Below are positions 17,620 through 26,646 of a stretch of DNA of 64,000 nucleotides, one piece after another. The position numbers and the translations under genes are program-made. Numbering within the stretch: the stretch's first letter is position 1; each line of letters begins with the position of its first letter. The DNA is from Eubacteriales bacterium. GTDB lineage: Bacteria > Bacillota > Clostridia > Oscillospirales > Oscillospiraceae. The stretch lies in NCBI GenBank assembly GCA_030529725.1, contig JAUMWI010000002.1, forward strand, positions 13,639 to 77,638, in the 5' to 3' direction. The notes under the pieces are model-generated. The model saw only the letters and a list, made by a program, of their open reading frames with translations, was not told where the DNA came from and did no database searches.

Positions 17620-18813
17620 TTATTTTGCGTTATAGACCTCGATGGCCTTCTTGAGAATATCCATGGCGCGTTCGATCTTGTCGCACTCGAGAACATATGC
17701 CATGCGGACTTCGTTGAGACCCTTGCCGGGCGTTGCATACATAGGTGCGCCGGGGGCAAACATGACAGTCTCGCCGTTGTCGTCAAAATCCTCAAGCAGC
17801 CACTGCTGGAACTTGTCAGCGTTGTCAACGGGCAGGGCAGCCATCAGATAAAACGCGCCGCCCGGGGTGTCAAACACGACACCGGGGATCTCGCGCAGCT
17901 TGCGGCAGAGGGTATCGCGGCGCTTTTTGTATTCCTCACGCACGGCGGCGAAATACTCGGGGCCGACGGTGTAGAGCGCGGCGGACGCGACCTGGTCAAG
18001 CGTGGCAACGGAGAGACGGGACTGGCAATACTTGAGCGCGTGGCCGAGCAGCTCCTTGTTTTTGGTGATCAGGCAGCCGATGCGTGCGCCGCAAGCGGAG
18101 AAACGCTTGGACACGGTGTCGATGATGACGATATTTTCGCCTGCCTTGTCAGCAAACTCACCAAAGGACTGCAGCGCCTGACCGCCGTAAACGAATTCGC
18201 GGTAAGCCTCGTCACCGATCAGGAACAGATTATGCTTGACTGCGATATCTACGAGCATCTCCATCTCCTCATGGCTGAGGATCACGCCGGTGGGGTTGCC
18301 GGGATTGGTGACCATGATGGCGCGTGTATGTTCGTTGATGAGGGCTTCGATCTTCTCGCGGTCGGCATAGTGATAGCCCTCCTCGGGACAGGTCGGGATC
18401 GGACGAATGGAAGCGCCGCAGGTGCGGGTCATTGTGTTGTAGTTGGGGTAAAACGGCTCCGGAATAAGGATCTCGTCACCGTCATCAAGAATGCACTGGA
18501 GCGTAATGGACAGCGCCTCGCTGCCGCCGGTGGTAACAAGGATCTCGCTTGCATCAAAGTGCATGTCAAGCTTGTCATAATAATTTTTGATTGCCTCGAT
18601 CAGCTCGGGAATGCCGGGAGAGGGAGCGTAGGCGAGGACAGGCTGCTCAAATTCCTTGATTGCCTTGAAAAAGGCGGGGGGAGTCTGGACGTCGGGCTGG
18701 CCGATATTCAGATGGTAAATGCTCACGCCTCTCTTTTCTGCCGCCACTGCATAGGGGTGAAACTTTCGCATGGGGGAAAGACCGCATTTTTCAACCTTGC
18801 TGGAAAACTTCAT
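17620..18813 (-). CDS. PLP-dependent class I/II aminotransferase (aspartate/aromatic type)
   Basis: Start MKFSSKVEKCGLSPMRKF follows a GAGGAGGAAA RBS. PLP-lysine motif SKRFSACGARIG. 397 aa. Confidence 0.88.
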   Translation of the reverse strand: MKFSSKVEKCGLSPMRKFHPYAVAAEKRGVSIYHLNIGQPDVQTPPAFFKAIKEFEQPVLAYAPSPGIPELIEAIKNYYDKLDMHFDASEILVTTGGSEALSITLQCILDDGDEILIPEPFYPNYNTMTRTCGASIRPIPTCPEEGYHYADREKIEALINEHTRAIMVTNPGNPTGVILSHEEMEMLVDIAVKHNLFLIGDEAYREFVYGGQALQSFGEFADKAGENIVIIDTVSKRFSACGARIGCLITKNKELLGHALKYCQSRLSVATLDQVASAALYTVGPEYFAAVREEYKKRRDTLCRKLREIPGVVFDTPGGAFYLMAALPVDNADKFQQWLLEDFDDNGETVMFAPGAPMYATPGKGLNEVRMAYVLECDKIERAMDILKKAIEVYNAK

Positions 18814-19033
18814 ATATATTTCCTCCTCAAAAAATAGTTGCACGATCTCTCGCGTAAATGGGAATGCAAAAACTTCCTGCAAATAATTATAAAACAGAAT
18901 AGCACGGAATGCAATCGAAATCAGCAGAGAATCGCAGTAGTGATTTTTAACTTATGACAAAACGATAGGAAAACACGCAAAGGGGACAATTCGTTCGGGA
19001 TGCTGCCGTACCCCCCGGCAATGCGATATTGAT

Positions 19034-19462
19034 TCAAAGCTTGCCCAATTCGGATTCGCCGCAGACTTTAATGCCGTTTTTTTTGAGCAGTTCTGCCGTC
19101 ACACCGTTGCCGGGGATAAGCGTATGCGTGAATGTGCCGTCGTAGATTTCGCCGCTGCCGCAGGAGGGGGAACGCTCCTTAAGCAATGCCGCAGCACAGC
19201 CCTCTTTCCGGCAAAGTTCAAGGGCGTACTGCGCACCTCTTTGATATTGCGCGGTCACGTCTGCGCCGCCGCGCATAATGACGCGGTCACCGCATCGCTC
19301 GGACGGCATGCGCGGTGTAGGCAGTCCACCCGCACATTCGGGACAGACGGGAACAAGCTCGTACCGCTCACGAAGACGTTCCATGCCGGCGATCGGCTTG
19401 CTTTTGCCGTCATAGCGGCAGGGCGTGCCGAGGAGACACGCGGAAACGAGCAACTTATCCAT
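19034..19462 (-). CDS. DUF523 family protein (TudS-like thiouracil desulfurase fold)
   Basis: Start MDKLLVSACLLGTPCRYDG. Conserved Cys residues (CPECAGG, SPSCG). 142 aa. The track ORF is over-extended 5'. Confidence 0.75.
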   Translation of the reverse strand: MDKLLVSACLLGTPCRYDGKSKPIAGMERLRERYELVPVCPECAGGLPTPRMPSERCGDRVIMRGGADVTAQYQRGAQYALELCRKEGCAAALLKERSPSCGSGEIYDGTFTHTLIPGNGVTAELLKKNGIKVCGESELGKL

Positions 19463-19952
19463 GGATCGGCAGCTCCTTCCCGTTGAGCGCGGCGAGTACC
19501 AGCGTGTCACCTTTGTATTGCAGCTTGAGCGAGAAAAACGGCTCATCGGTATCGAGCAGCCGCAGAAAGATCTTATCGCCCTCCCAGAGCTTGAGTGAGA
19601 GCAGCTCGCTCTTTCCGATCCATTCCAGATCGCCCTCATCGCACTCTCTGAGCGTACCCTCATAGCCATCGGCGGTAAACAGGTGCATGTACTCCGTTTC
19701 CCACTCGTCGGAAAGAAAGGTGACGATGCCGCGGTAACGCCAGCTCGTCAGCGTCAGTCCGGTTTCCTCCTTTGCCTCGCGCAGCATACAGTCCTCGGGG
19801 CTTTCATTTTCCTCGAATTTTCCGCCGATGCCGATCCATTTGTCATGGTTGAGGTCGTTTTCTTTCTTTGTGCGGTGCAGCATCAGATACTCGTCGCCGC
19901 GTTCGACATAGATGAGTGTGGAGTTGATGGCGCGAAACACATTCTTTCCCAT
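19455..19952 (-). CDS. NUDIX hydrolase (MutT-like)
   Basis: Start MGKNVFRAIN follows a GGAGGT RBS. Nudix box GGKFEENESPEDCMLREAKEETGL. Overlaps the DUF523 gene by 8 nt. Confidence 0.85.
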   Translation of the reverse strand: MGKNVFRAINSTLIYVERGDEYLMLHRTKKENDLNHDKWIGIGGKFEENESPEDCMLREAKEETGLTLTSWRYRGIVTFLSDEWETEYMHLFTADGYEGTLRECDEGDLEWIGKSELLSLKLWEGDKIFLRLLDTDEPFFSLKLQYKGDTLVLAALNGKELPIHG

Positions 19953-20121
19953 GGCGCACCTCCAAATAAATTTCTGCACAAAGTATAAAAGAAGGATGCA
20001 AAAAAAGCAAGAGAAAGACTTGCAAGCGCCGCAGCACTTTGATATACTATGCCGGTAATCAGCTTTTTCCGTTTCTGTATCAAACGGGAAAAGCTCTTTT
20101 TTGTACATAGGGGTGACCGAT

Positions 20122-20805
20122 ATGAAAAAGAAATTCTCCAACGAGCTTGCCTATCTGTTCGGCAACATTTTTGTCGCCATCGGCGTTGCGCTGATGGAGC
20201 GTGCTGACTTCGGTGTGTCGATGGTTGTGGCTCCCGCATATCTCATTTACCGCAAGGTATCGCTGCTGCTTCCGTTTTTCACATTCGGCATGGCGGAATA
20301 CACGCTCCAGGCGGTACTTCTTACGATGATGTGCCTGATCCTGCGCCGGTTCAAGCTTTCCTACCTGTTTTCGTTCGTTACGGCGGTCTTTTACGGCGTG
20401 ATTCTTGATATTGTGATGCTGCCGGCGGCATATCTTCCGGATGACGGCTTTGCCCCACGCGCGATTCTGTATGTGCTGGGAATGGTGGCCTGCTCGATCG
20501 GCATTTCGATGATGTTCCATACCTATATTTCACCTGAGGTTTACGAGTTGCTCGTTAAGGAGCTTTCCGGACATTTTGACATGGAGCTGCACCGTTTCAA
20601 GCAGATCTATGATATCTCCAGCACGCTCGTCGGCGTGGCGCTTTCGTTTGCATTTTTCGGTCTGTGGCATTTTGAGGGTGTAAAGCTCGGCACGATCTTC
20701 TGCGCACTGATCAACGGACCCATGATCGGGGCCATCTCTGCGTGGCTTGACAGACACTACGAGTTTTATGACGCAAAGGGGTGGCGCGCATTTTTTGAAA
20801 AATAG
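20122..20805 (+). CDS. multi-pass membrane protein (YczE/DUF6198-like)
   Basis: 227 aa, hydrophobic throughout. The family name is recalled from the N-terminal pattern only. Confidence 0.6.
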   Translation: MKKKFSNELAYLFGNIFVAIGVALMERADFGVSMVVAPAYLIYRKVSLLLPFFTFGMAEYTLQAVLLTMMCLILRRFKLSYLFSFVTAVFYGVILDIVMLPAAYLPDDGFAPRAILYVLGMVACSIGISMMFHTYISPEVYELLVKELSGHFDMELHRFKQIYDISSTLVGVALSFAFFGLWHFEGVKLGTIFCALINGPMIGAISAWLDRHYEFYDAKGWRAFFEK

Positions 20806-20808
20806 GTA

Positions 20809-20836
20809 TTGACTTTGCACGGATTTTTGATATAAT
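20809..20836 (+). promoter_or_regulatory. sigma-A-type promoter of tRNA-Ser
   Basis: TTGACT-16 nt-TATAAT with an extended -10 (TGATATAAT). Confidence 0.65.
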
Positions 20837-20863
20837 AACTCTCGCTGTTGAGCATGACGATAT

Positions 20864-20955
20864 GCAGTGGTATCGAAGTGGTCATAACGAGCACGACTGG
20901 AAATCGTGTTGTCGTCAAAAGCGGCACGAGAGTTCGAATCTCTCCCACTGCGCCA
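20864..20955 (+). tRNA. tRNA-Ser (anticodon GGA)
   Basis: Hand-folded cloverleaf: acceptor GCAGTGG/CCACTGC, anticodon arm CACGA-CTGGAAA-TCGTG, long variable arm, T arm GAGAG-TTCGAAT-CTCTC, encoded CCA. Confidence 0.85.
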
Positions 20956-20957
20956 AC

Positions 20958-20990
20958 AAAAAAAGACACGCTTTTGCGTGTCTTTTTTTG
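20958..20990. terminator. bidirectional intrinsic terminator
   Basis: Stem AAAAAAAGACACGC / GCGTGTCTTTTTTT. Confidence 0.8.
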
Positions 20991-21006
20991 TTGGCAGCGT
21001 GCCGTT

Positions 21007-21183
21007 TTACTTCATGGCATGCTTCAGATCATCGATCACGCAATCCATGGCGTTACCCATGTTCTGCATGGTGCGTCCCACGCAGGTCTTCATGGATTTG
21101 CGTCTCGGAGTGACCGCCATGCCGACAAATGCACCGAGAACCATCCCAATGCCCATACCGCGCCAAAAGTCGGTACACATCAT
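21007..21183 (-). CDS. small hypothetical membrane protein (58 aa)
   Basis: AAGGAG RBS 10 nt upstream of MMCTDFWRGMGIGMVLGAFVGMAV. One TM helix. I recognise no family. Confidence 0.5.
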   Translation of the reverse strand: MMCTDFWRGMGIGMVLGAFVGMAVTPRRKSMKTCVGRTMQNMGNAMDCVIDDLKHAMK

Positions 21184-21315
21184 ATCATTCACACTCCTTG
21201 TCACACGGATAGTCTGCGCTTTCAGGCAGAAAAAATGCACAATTACGATTGCTAAAATCTGCCGGTGCATTTATAATGAAATCAATCAATACTAAAAGAA
21301 AAGAGAACACAACGT

Positions 21316-22365
21316 ATGACCACGGTTTATCTCATTCGCCACGCTGAGGCAGAGGGCAATTTGTACCGACGGGCGCAGGGACACTATAACAGCACGATTA
21401 CCGACCGCGGCTACCGCCAGATCGCGGCACTCGCCAAACGATTTGAGGACGTTTCCATTGACGCGGCTTATTCCAGCGACCTTGCGCGTACCTGCACCAC
21501 TGCGTTGGCGATCACCTACCCGAAAAAGCTGCCGCTGCACACCACGGCAGAGCTGCGCGAGGTCAATGTCGGCGTCTGGGAGGACAAGACCTGGGCGGAG
21601 GTCGGCTATTTTGACCGCGAGCAGCTGGTGCGTTTCAACACAAGCATTGAAACGTGGCACGTTTCCGGTGGACAGGACATCGACACTGTGCGCGACCGCA
21701 TGATGGGTGCGCTGAAAAAGATTATTGCGGAAAACCCTGACCGCAGTGTTGCCGTGTTCAGCCACGGCATGGCGCTGCGCACACTCATCGGTACGCTGCA
21801 GGGACTCTCCCTTTCCGAAATTGACAAGACCGGACACGCAGAGAATACTGCGGTGACAAAGCTGGAGTGTGATGAGCGCGGCATTCGCGTGGTCTACCGG
21901 GATGACGCTTCGCATCTTCCGGATGAGATGCTTTCCCTCAAGCACCAGGCGTGGACGAGGAGCAAAAACGGTCTGGAGCCCGGTATTTATTTTGTCGCGT
22001 CCGGCGCGGACGGACATTTTGATGTCTGCCGCGAGGAAGAGATCGTCGGTGCCGTGAGCGTGGGGAAGTGCGAAAATGGCGTTGCCGAGATCGAAGAATA
22101 CTGGCTTGAAAATTACGAGCAGGGCAAGGGACTCGGGATTCAGCTTGTCGGACAGGCGGTGTCCTATGCACGGCGCAATGGCTGCGACACGCTCCGCTGT
22201 GAGATCCCAAAATCCAACACGGTCGGCATCAGGCGCGCACGGGACTACGGCTTCCTTGCGGTGCAGGAAACGGAGAAGAGTGTCATATTCGAGAAATATT
22301 TCGGATACAGCGAGGAATATCGCATCAAAAAATTACAGGATGCAATCAAGGAAAGCGAAAAGTAA
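21316..22365 (+). CDS. histidine phosphatase (PGAM-like) fused to a GNAT acetyltransferase domain
   Basis: N-terminal LIRHAEAEGN (RHG motif). C-terminal QGKGLGIQLVGQAVSYARRNG is an acetyl-CoA-binding motif. Confidence 0.8.
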   Translation: MTTVYLIRHAEAEGNLYRRAQGHYNSTITDRGYRQIAALAKRFEDVSIDAAYSSDLARTCTTALAITYPKKLPLHTTAELREVNVGVWEDKTWAEVGYFDREQLVRFNTSIETWHVSGGQDIDTVRDRMMGALKKIIAENPDRSVAVFSHGMALRTLIGTLQGLSLSEIDKTGHAENTAVTKLECDERGIRVVYRDDASHLPDEMLSLKHQAWTRSKNGLEPGIYFVASGADGHFDVCREEEIVGAVSVGKCENGVAEIEEYWLENYEQGKGLGIQLVGQAVSYARRNGCDTLRCEIPKSNTVGIRRARDYGFLAVQETEKSVIFEKYFGYSEEYRIKKLQDAIKESEK

Positions 22366-22368
22366 GGC

Positions 22369-24372
22369 ATGAAACAGACGGTAAAGGCATTTTTGCCGGT
22401 TTCCAAAGAGGATATGCTCGCGCGCGAATGGTATTATTATGACTTTCTTGTGGTCACCGCGGATGCGTATGTTGACCATCCGAGCTTCGGTACGGCGATC
22501 ATCGCACGCGTGCTGGAGGCGGAGGGCTATCGCGTCGCCGTGCTTGCCCAGCCGGACTGGCACAGTGCGGACGCGTTCCGCGCCATGGGAAAGCCGCGTT
22601 ACGGCGTGATGATCGGCGGCGGCAACATCGACTCGATGGTCGCGCACTACACGGCGGCAAAAAAGCGCCGCACGCAGGATCTGTACTCTCCCGGCAACCG
22701 CATGGGACTGCGTCCCGACCGCCCGACTATTGTGTACGCCAACCGCGCAAGGGAGGCATTTGGTGACATTCCCATTGTTGTTGGCGGTCTGGAAGCGAGT
22801 CTGCGCCGCTTTGCGCATTACGACTACTGGGACGATAAGGTGCGCCGTGCGCTGATTTTTGATGCGCAGGCAGACCTGCTTGTTTACGGCATGGGCGAAT
22901 ACGCCATGCGCGAGATCGCACGCCGCCTGGCAAAAGGGGAAAAGGTAAGCGACATCACCGACGTGCGCGGTACGGCGTTTGTCACGCGAGAGGAAAATGC
23001 CTGCCGATACGAAGCCATCGAATGCCCGTCCTATGAGGAGGTCTGTGCTGATAAGCGCGCCTATGCGCTTGCGACCAAGCTTGAGTATGAGGAGCACGAT
23101 CCCATCCGCGGCAAGGCACTCATGCAGAGGCATGGCAAGGATATTCTGGTGGTCAACCCGCCTGCCATGCCGCTTAACCGCAAGGAGCTGGATTTTGTCG
23201 CGGAGCTTCCGTATATGCGCGAGGTACATCCGATGTACGATGCCCTCGGCGGTGTTGCCGCGATCGAGGAGGTGCGCTTTTCCGTCACGCATAACCGCGG
23301 CTGCTTCGGCGGATGCAACTTCTGCTCGCTTGCGTTCCATCAGGGGCGCATGATCACGTCTCGCAGCATCGAATCCGTTGTGCGCGAGGTCGAGGGCTTC
23401 ACACGCGACCCGAAGTTCAAGGGCTACGTCCACGATATCGGCGGCCCCAGCGCAAACTTCCGCCATACGAGCTGCAAGCAGCAATTGGAGCGAGGTATGT
23501 GCAAAAACAAGAACTGCCTTGCGCCCTATCCTTGCAAAAATCTCGATCCAGACCACTCGGAATATTTAGAGCTTTTGCGCCGTGTGCGGAAAATCCCAGG
23601 TGTCAAAAAGGTGTTTGTGCGCAGCGGCATCCGCTACGACTACCTGATGGAGGACAAGGGCAGTGAGTTTTTGTCCGACCTCGTCAAGTATCACATTTCC
23701 GGTCAGCTCAAGGTCGCGCCGGAGCATTGCGTTGCGGGCGTGCTCGACTACATGGGAAAGCCGCACTTTGACGTGTTTGAAAAGTTCTGGGCAAAGTATC
23801 AGAAGGTCAACGAGAAAAACGGTAAGGAGCAGTACCTTGTGCCGTATCTGATGTCCTCGCATCCCGGCTGCACACTGCAAGATGCCGTGCAGCTTGCGGA
23901 ATTCCTGCATGAGAGCGGCCATAAGCCCGAGCAGGTGCAGGACTTTTATCCCACACCCGGCACGCTTTCGACCTGTATGTACTATACGGGCATCGACCCA
24001 CGCGATATGACCCCGGTTTACGCTGCGACCGATCCCCACGAGAAAGCCCTGCAGCGTGCGCTGCTGCAGTGGTTCCGTCCGGAGCTGCGCAAGCTCGTGA
24101 TCGAGGCGCTGCAAAAGGCAGGCAGGGAGGATCTGATCGGCTTTGGCCCCAAGTGCCTTGTGAAGCCGTACGGCAGCACCAAGCCGCTGGATGAGCGCAA
24201 AGCGCCCCGCGGCAACAATGTGGCAAAAAAGAGCGGTGCAGCAAACCCCACTGCAAAACCGACCGCAAAAAGGACAGAGAGCAAAAAGGAAGCGGACAAA
24301 CCGAAAAAGCTTGTCCGCAAAGCAGGTTGGGCAAAGCCGAAGGCAAAGAGCGGCACAAAGAAAAAGAAATAA
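22369..24372 (+). CDS. ygiQ: YgiQ-family radical SAM protein (UPF0313)
   Basis: 667 aa. N-terminal YDFLVVTADAYVDHPSFG, the CFGGCNFC cluster motif and a Lys-rich C-terminal tail. Confidence 0.88.
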   Translation: MKQTVKAFLPVSKEDMLAREWYYYDFLVVTADAYVDHPSFGTAIIARVLEAEGYRVAVLAQPDWHSADAFRAMGKPRYGVMIGGGNIDSMVAHYTAAKKRRTQDLYSPGNRMGLRPDRPTIVYANRAREAFGDIPIVVGGLEASLRRFAHYDYWDDKVRRALIFDAQADLLVYGMGEYAMREIARRLAKGEKVSDITDVRGTAFVTREENACRYEAIECPSYEEVCADKRAYALATKLEYEEHDPIRGKALMQRHGKDILVVNPPAMPLNRKELDFVAELPYMREVHPMYDALGGVAAIEEVRFSVTHNRGCFGGCNFCSLAFHQGRMITSRSIESVVREVEGFTRDPKFKGYVHDIGGPSANFRHTSCKQQLERGMCKNKNCLAPYPCKNLDPDHSEYLELLRRVRKIPGVKKVFVRSGIRYDYLMEDKGSEFLSDLVKYHISGQLKVAPEHCVAGVLDYMGKPHFDVFEKFWAKYQKVNEKNGKEQYLVPYLMSSHPGCTLQDAVQLAEFLHESGHKPEQVQDFYPTPGTLSTCMYYTGIDPRDMTPVYAATDPHEKALQRALLQWFRPELRKLVIEALQKAGREDLIGFGPKCLVKPYGSTKPLDERKAPRGNNVAKKSGAANPTAKPTAKRTESKKEADKPKKLVRKAGWAKPKAKSGTKKKK

Positions 24373-24386
24373 CGCACCTATCGCAG

Positions 24387-24427
24387 AAAAAAACGAGGAA
24401 GCCGACCGGCTTCCTCGTTTCGTTTTT
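24387..24427. terminator. bidirectional intrinsic terminator
   Basis: Stem AAACGAGGAAGCC / GGCTTCCTCGTTT flanked by an A-run and a T-run. Confidence 0.75.
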
Positions 24428-25356
24428 CAGAATGAGACAACTTCCTGCTCGGGCTTACTCGTGGTGGTGATCTTTTCGATATACAGCACGGGACCGTCGC
24501 CCTGATAGGCTTCGAAGTTCTCCTTTTTGACCGTGGCGGTGACTTCCACCCAGTCGCGGTTTTTGTATGCCTTCTGGTTCTCGCCCTTGGCAACAATGCC
24601 GACAAACTGAATGTCGTTTTCGCAGCAGGTCATCACAAAGCGGCCGGGACAGTGCACGCCGGGGAACTTCCTGGAGTGGCACATGATGAGCTTCATATGC
24701 ACCTTTTTGCCGTCCCAGCGGTCGGGATGATCCATCGCATCGACGTACCACACACCGTAATCATCGTCGGGGATATCAATGATCTCCGGCGTCATGTCGA
24801 ACGGACACTCGTCGCCGGTAAGGTAGTCCTCGCTATTGCCGTCATTGTCCTCCAGATAGATGTCCGCGCGGCGGTTGACCATGCGCAGATTGCGTGCGCG
24901 CAGCGACTCCTTCAGCTCGTCTGTGCAGCGGTTAAACACCAGCATATCCGCGTTCGTGACCTTTTCCATCATGAGCTGGCCCATGTTCCTGACGTACATT
25001 TCAAACGTCGGCGCGTAGACAAACGTCATGATCTGATAGAGCACCCAGTTCGCGGGCAGCACATCGCGATAGAGCTTTTCCATCTGCCACATACCGTTGT
25101 ACTCGATCAGCACCTGCTTGGGCTTGTACTTCTTTTCCAGATCCTTGCAGAATTCGAGCGTCAGTTCCTCTTCGTCGTCTACGGTCACGACCGTCACGTT
25201 GTCGAGAGCTTTCTTCTCGTACTCCTCGTCGCCCTCCTCGCAGCAGATAAGCAGCGTTTTATCCTCGCGGGCAAAGCCGTCCTCAAGAATGCCGTTGATG
25301 AAATTCGTTTTGCCGGCATCTAAAAAACCGGCGACCAGATAAACAGGAATATCCAT
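24427..25356 (-). CDS. divergent G3E/CobW-like P-loop protein with a DUF1980-like C-terminal CC-motif domain
   Basis: Walker A AGFLDAGKT. LLICCEEG replaces the canonical GCICC region. The C-terminal GRFVMTCCENDIQFVGIV...WVEVTATV...PVLYIEKI resembles the TIGR03943/DUF1980 C-terminal domain (from memory). Confidence 0.6.
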   Translation of the reverse strand: MDIPVYLVAGFLDAGKTNFINGILEDGFAREDKTLLICCEEGDEEYEKKALDNVTVVTVDDEEELTLEFCKDLEKKYKPKQVLIEYNGMWQMEKLYRDVLPANWVLYQIMTFVYAPTFEMYVRNMGQLMMEKVTNADMLVFNRCTDELKESLRARNLRMVNRRADIYLEDNDGNSEDYLTGDECPFDMTPEIIDIPDDDYGVWYVDAMDHPDRWDGKKVHMKLIMCHSRKFPGVHCPGRFVMTCCENDIQFVGIVAKGENQKAYKNRDWVEVTATVKKENFEAYQGDGPVLYIEKITTTSKPEQEVVSF

Positions 25357-25380
25357 GCAAATCGTTTCCTTTAGCCAAAA

Positions 25381-26547
25381 TTACACGCCGAACAGCTCGG
25401 CAAGCTCGTGCTCATGCAGCTCCGCGCCGATGACGCAGAGACGACCGGTGTAGTCGGCATGACCCGCGCGCACCTCATGCTCCTCGGGAACATAGTCAAA
25501 TTCAAGCCAGTCGTTTTCTCCGTTCACGATACCCTTGGCGCGCAGAATATGACCGTACTTGCCGGAATCGAGCGCGGTGAGGATCTGCTCCAGCTCGGAC
25601 TTGGCAAAGACTCTGGGTGTTTCCTTGCCCCAGGAGGCGAACACATCGTCTGCATGGTGATGATGGTGATGATGGCACTCGCAGTCAGGATCGTCACACT
25701 CCTCGCCGTCGTGATGATGGTGGTGATGTTCGTGTTCCTCGTGGTCGTGATGATGGTGATGCTCGTGTTCTTCATGCTCATCATGGTCATGGTGGTGATG
25801 GCACTCGCAGTCAGGATCGTTACACTCCTCGCCGTCATGATGATGGTGCTCATGTCCCTCGTGGTCGTGGTGATGATGCTCGTGCTCGTGCTCCGCCTCG
25901 TGCTCTTCATGCTCGCGGCGCATTTCCTCCAGCATTTCGTCCGCAAGGGACACCTTCTCCACGGCACTCAAAATGACCGTGCCATCCAGCTCGTCCCACG
26001 GCGTCGTGAGAATAGCAGCGTTGGGATTCTTCTGGCGCAGCAGGGCAACAGCGGCCTCAAGCTTTTCTTGCGAGAGCTTCTGCGTGCGGGAGAGGATGAT
26101 CGTGCCGGCGGCCTCGATCTGATTGTTGTAAAACTCGCCGAAGTTCTTCATATACACCTTGACCTTGCTTGCATCGGCAACGGTCACGAAGCTGCTCAGC
26201 ACCATGTCCTCGCCCTCGTCCACCGTGTTCTGCACGGCGACAATAACGTCGGAGAGCTTTCCTACGCCGCTCGGCTCGATGAGAATGCGGTCGGGGTGGA
26301 ATTGCTCCACAACCTCACGGAGCGCCTTGTTGAAGTCACCCACCAGAGAGCAGCAGATGCAGCCCGCGGACATTTCGGAGATCTCAATGCCGGATTCTTT
26401 GAGAAAGCCGCCGTCAATGTTGATCTCACCAAATTCGTTTTCGATCAGCACGAGTTTTTCGCCGTGGTAGGCTTCTGCAATCAGCTTTTTGATGAGGGTT
26501 GTCTTGCCGGCGCCGAGAAAACCGGAAAAAATATCAATTTTTGTCAT
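25381..26547 (-). CDS. COG0523 (CobW/ZigA/YeiR-like) G3E GTPase metallochaperone with a long His/Cys-rich insert
   Basis: Walker A GFLGAGKTT and CxCC motif GCICCS. A ~90-aa insert is made of His, Asp, Glu and two DGEEC-DPDCEC units. Confidence 0.88.
   Translation of the reverse strand: MTKIDIFSGFLGAGKTTLIKKLIAEAYHGEKLVLIENEFGEINIDGGFLKESGIEISEMSAGCICCSLVGDFNKALREVVEQFHPDRILIEPSGVGKLSDVIVAVQNTVDEGEDMVLSSFVTVADASKVKVYMKNFGEFYNNQIEAAGTIILSRTQKLSQEKLEAAVALLRQKNPNAAILTTPWDELDGTVILSAVEKVSLADEMLEEMRREHEEHEAEHEHEHHHHDHEGHEHHHHDGEECNDPDCECHHHHDHDEHEEHEHHHHHDHEEHEHHHHHHDGEECDDPDCECHHHHHHHADDVFASWGKETPRVFAKSELEQILTALDSGKYGHILRAKGIVNGENDWLEFDYVPEEHEVRAGHADYTGRLCVIGAELHEHELAELFGV
25671..25848 (-). repeat. 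in-frame tandem duplication (126-nt period) inside the His-rich insert
   Basis: The 52-nt blocks 25671..25722 and 25797..25848 are 50/52 identical. Each encodes HHHHDGEEC(N/D)DPDCECHHH. Confidence 0.9.
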
Positions 26548-26569
26548 GGAAATCAGCTTCCTTTTCTTA

Positions 26570-26613
26570 AATTCTTAGCTAATTATTGTATGCCCGTTTT
26601 TTGAACTTTTCAA
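26570..26613 (-). promoter_or_regulatory. promoter of the COG0523 operon with a palindromic operator candidate
   Basis: Minus strand TTGAAA-17 nt-TACAAT (26585..26613). The quasi-palindrome AATTCTTAGCTAATTATT (core TTAGCTAA) overlaps the -10/+1 region. Confidence 0.4.
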
Positions 26614-26646
26614 GTCCTGTGAATGGAAAAAACGTGTATTCTGCGC

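Noticed and set aside
25640-25920. His-codon-rich repeat region as a CRISPR or other non-coding repeat array
   Set aside because: The repeats are in frame inside a COG0523 ORF with intact flanking GTPase and C-terminal domains. The 126-nt period equals 42 codons. It is a coding tandem duplication.
26570-26587. Zur box upstream of the COG0523 operon
   Set aside because: The quasi-palindrome AATTCTTAGCTAATTATT does not resemble the Firmicute Zur consensus (TCGTAAT-N-ATTACGA type) as I remember it. I keep it only as an unassigned operator candidate.
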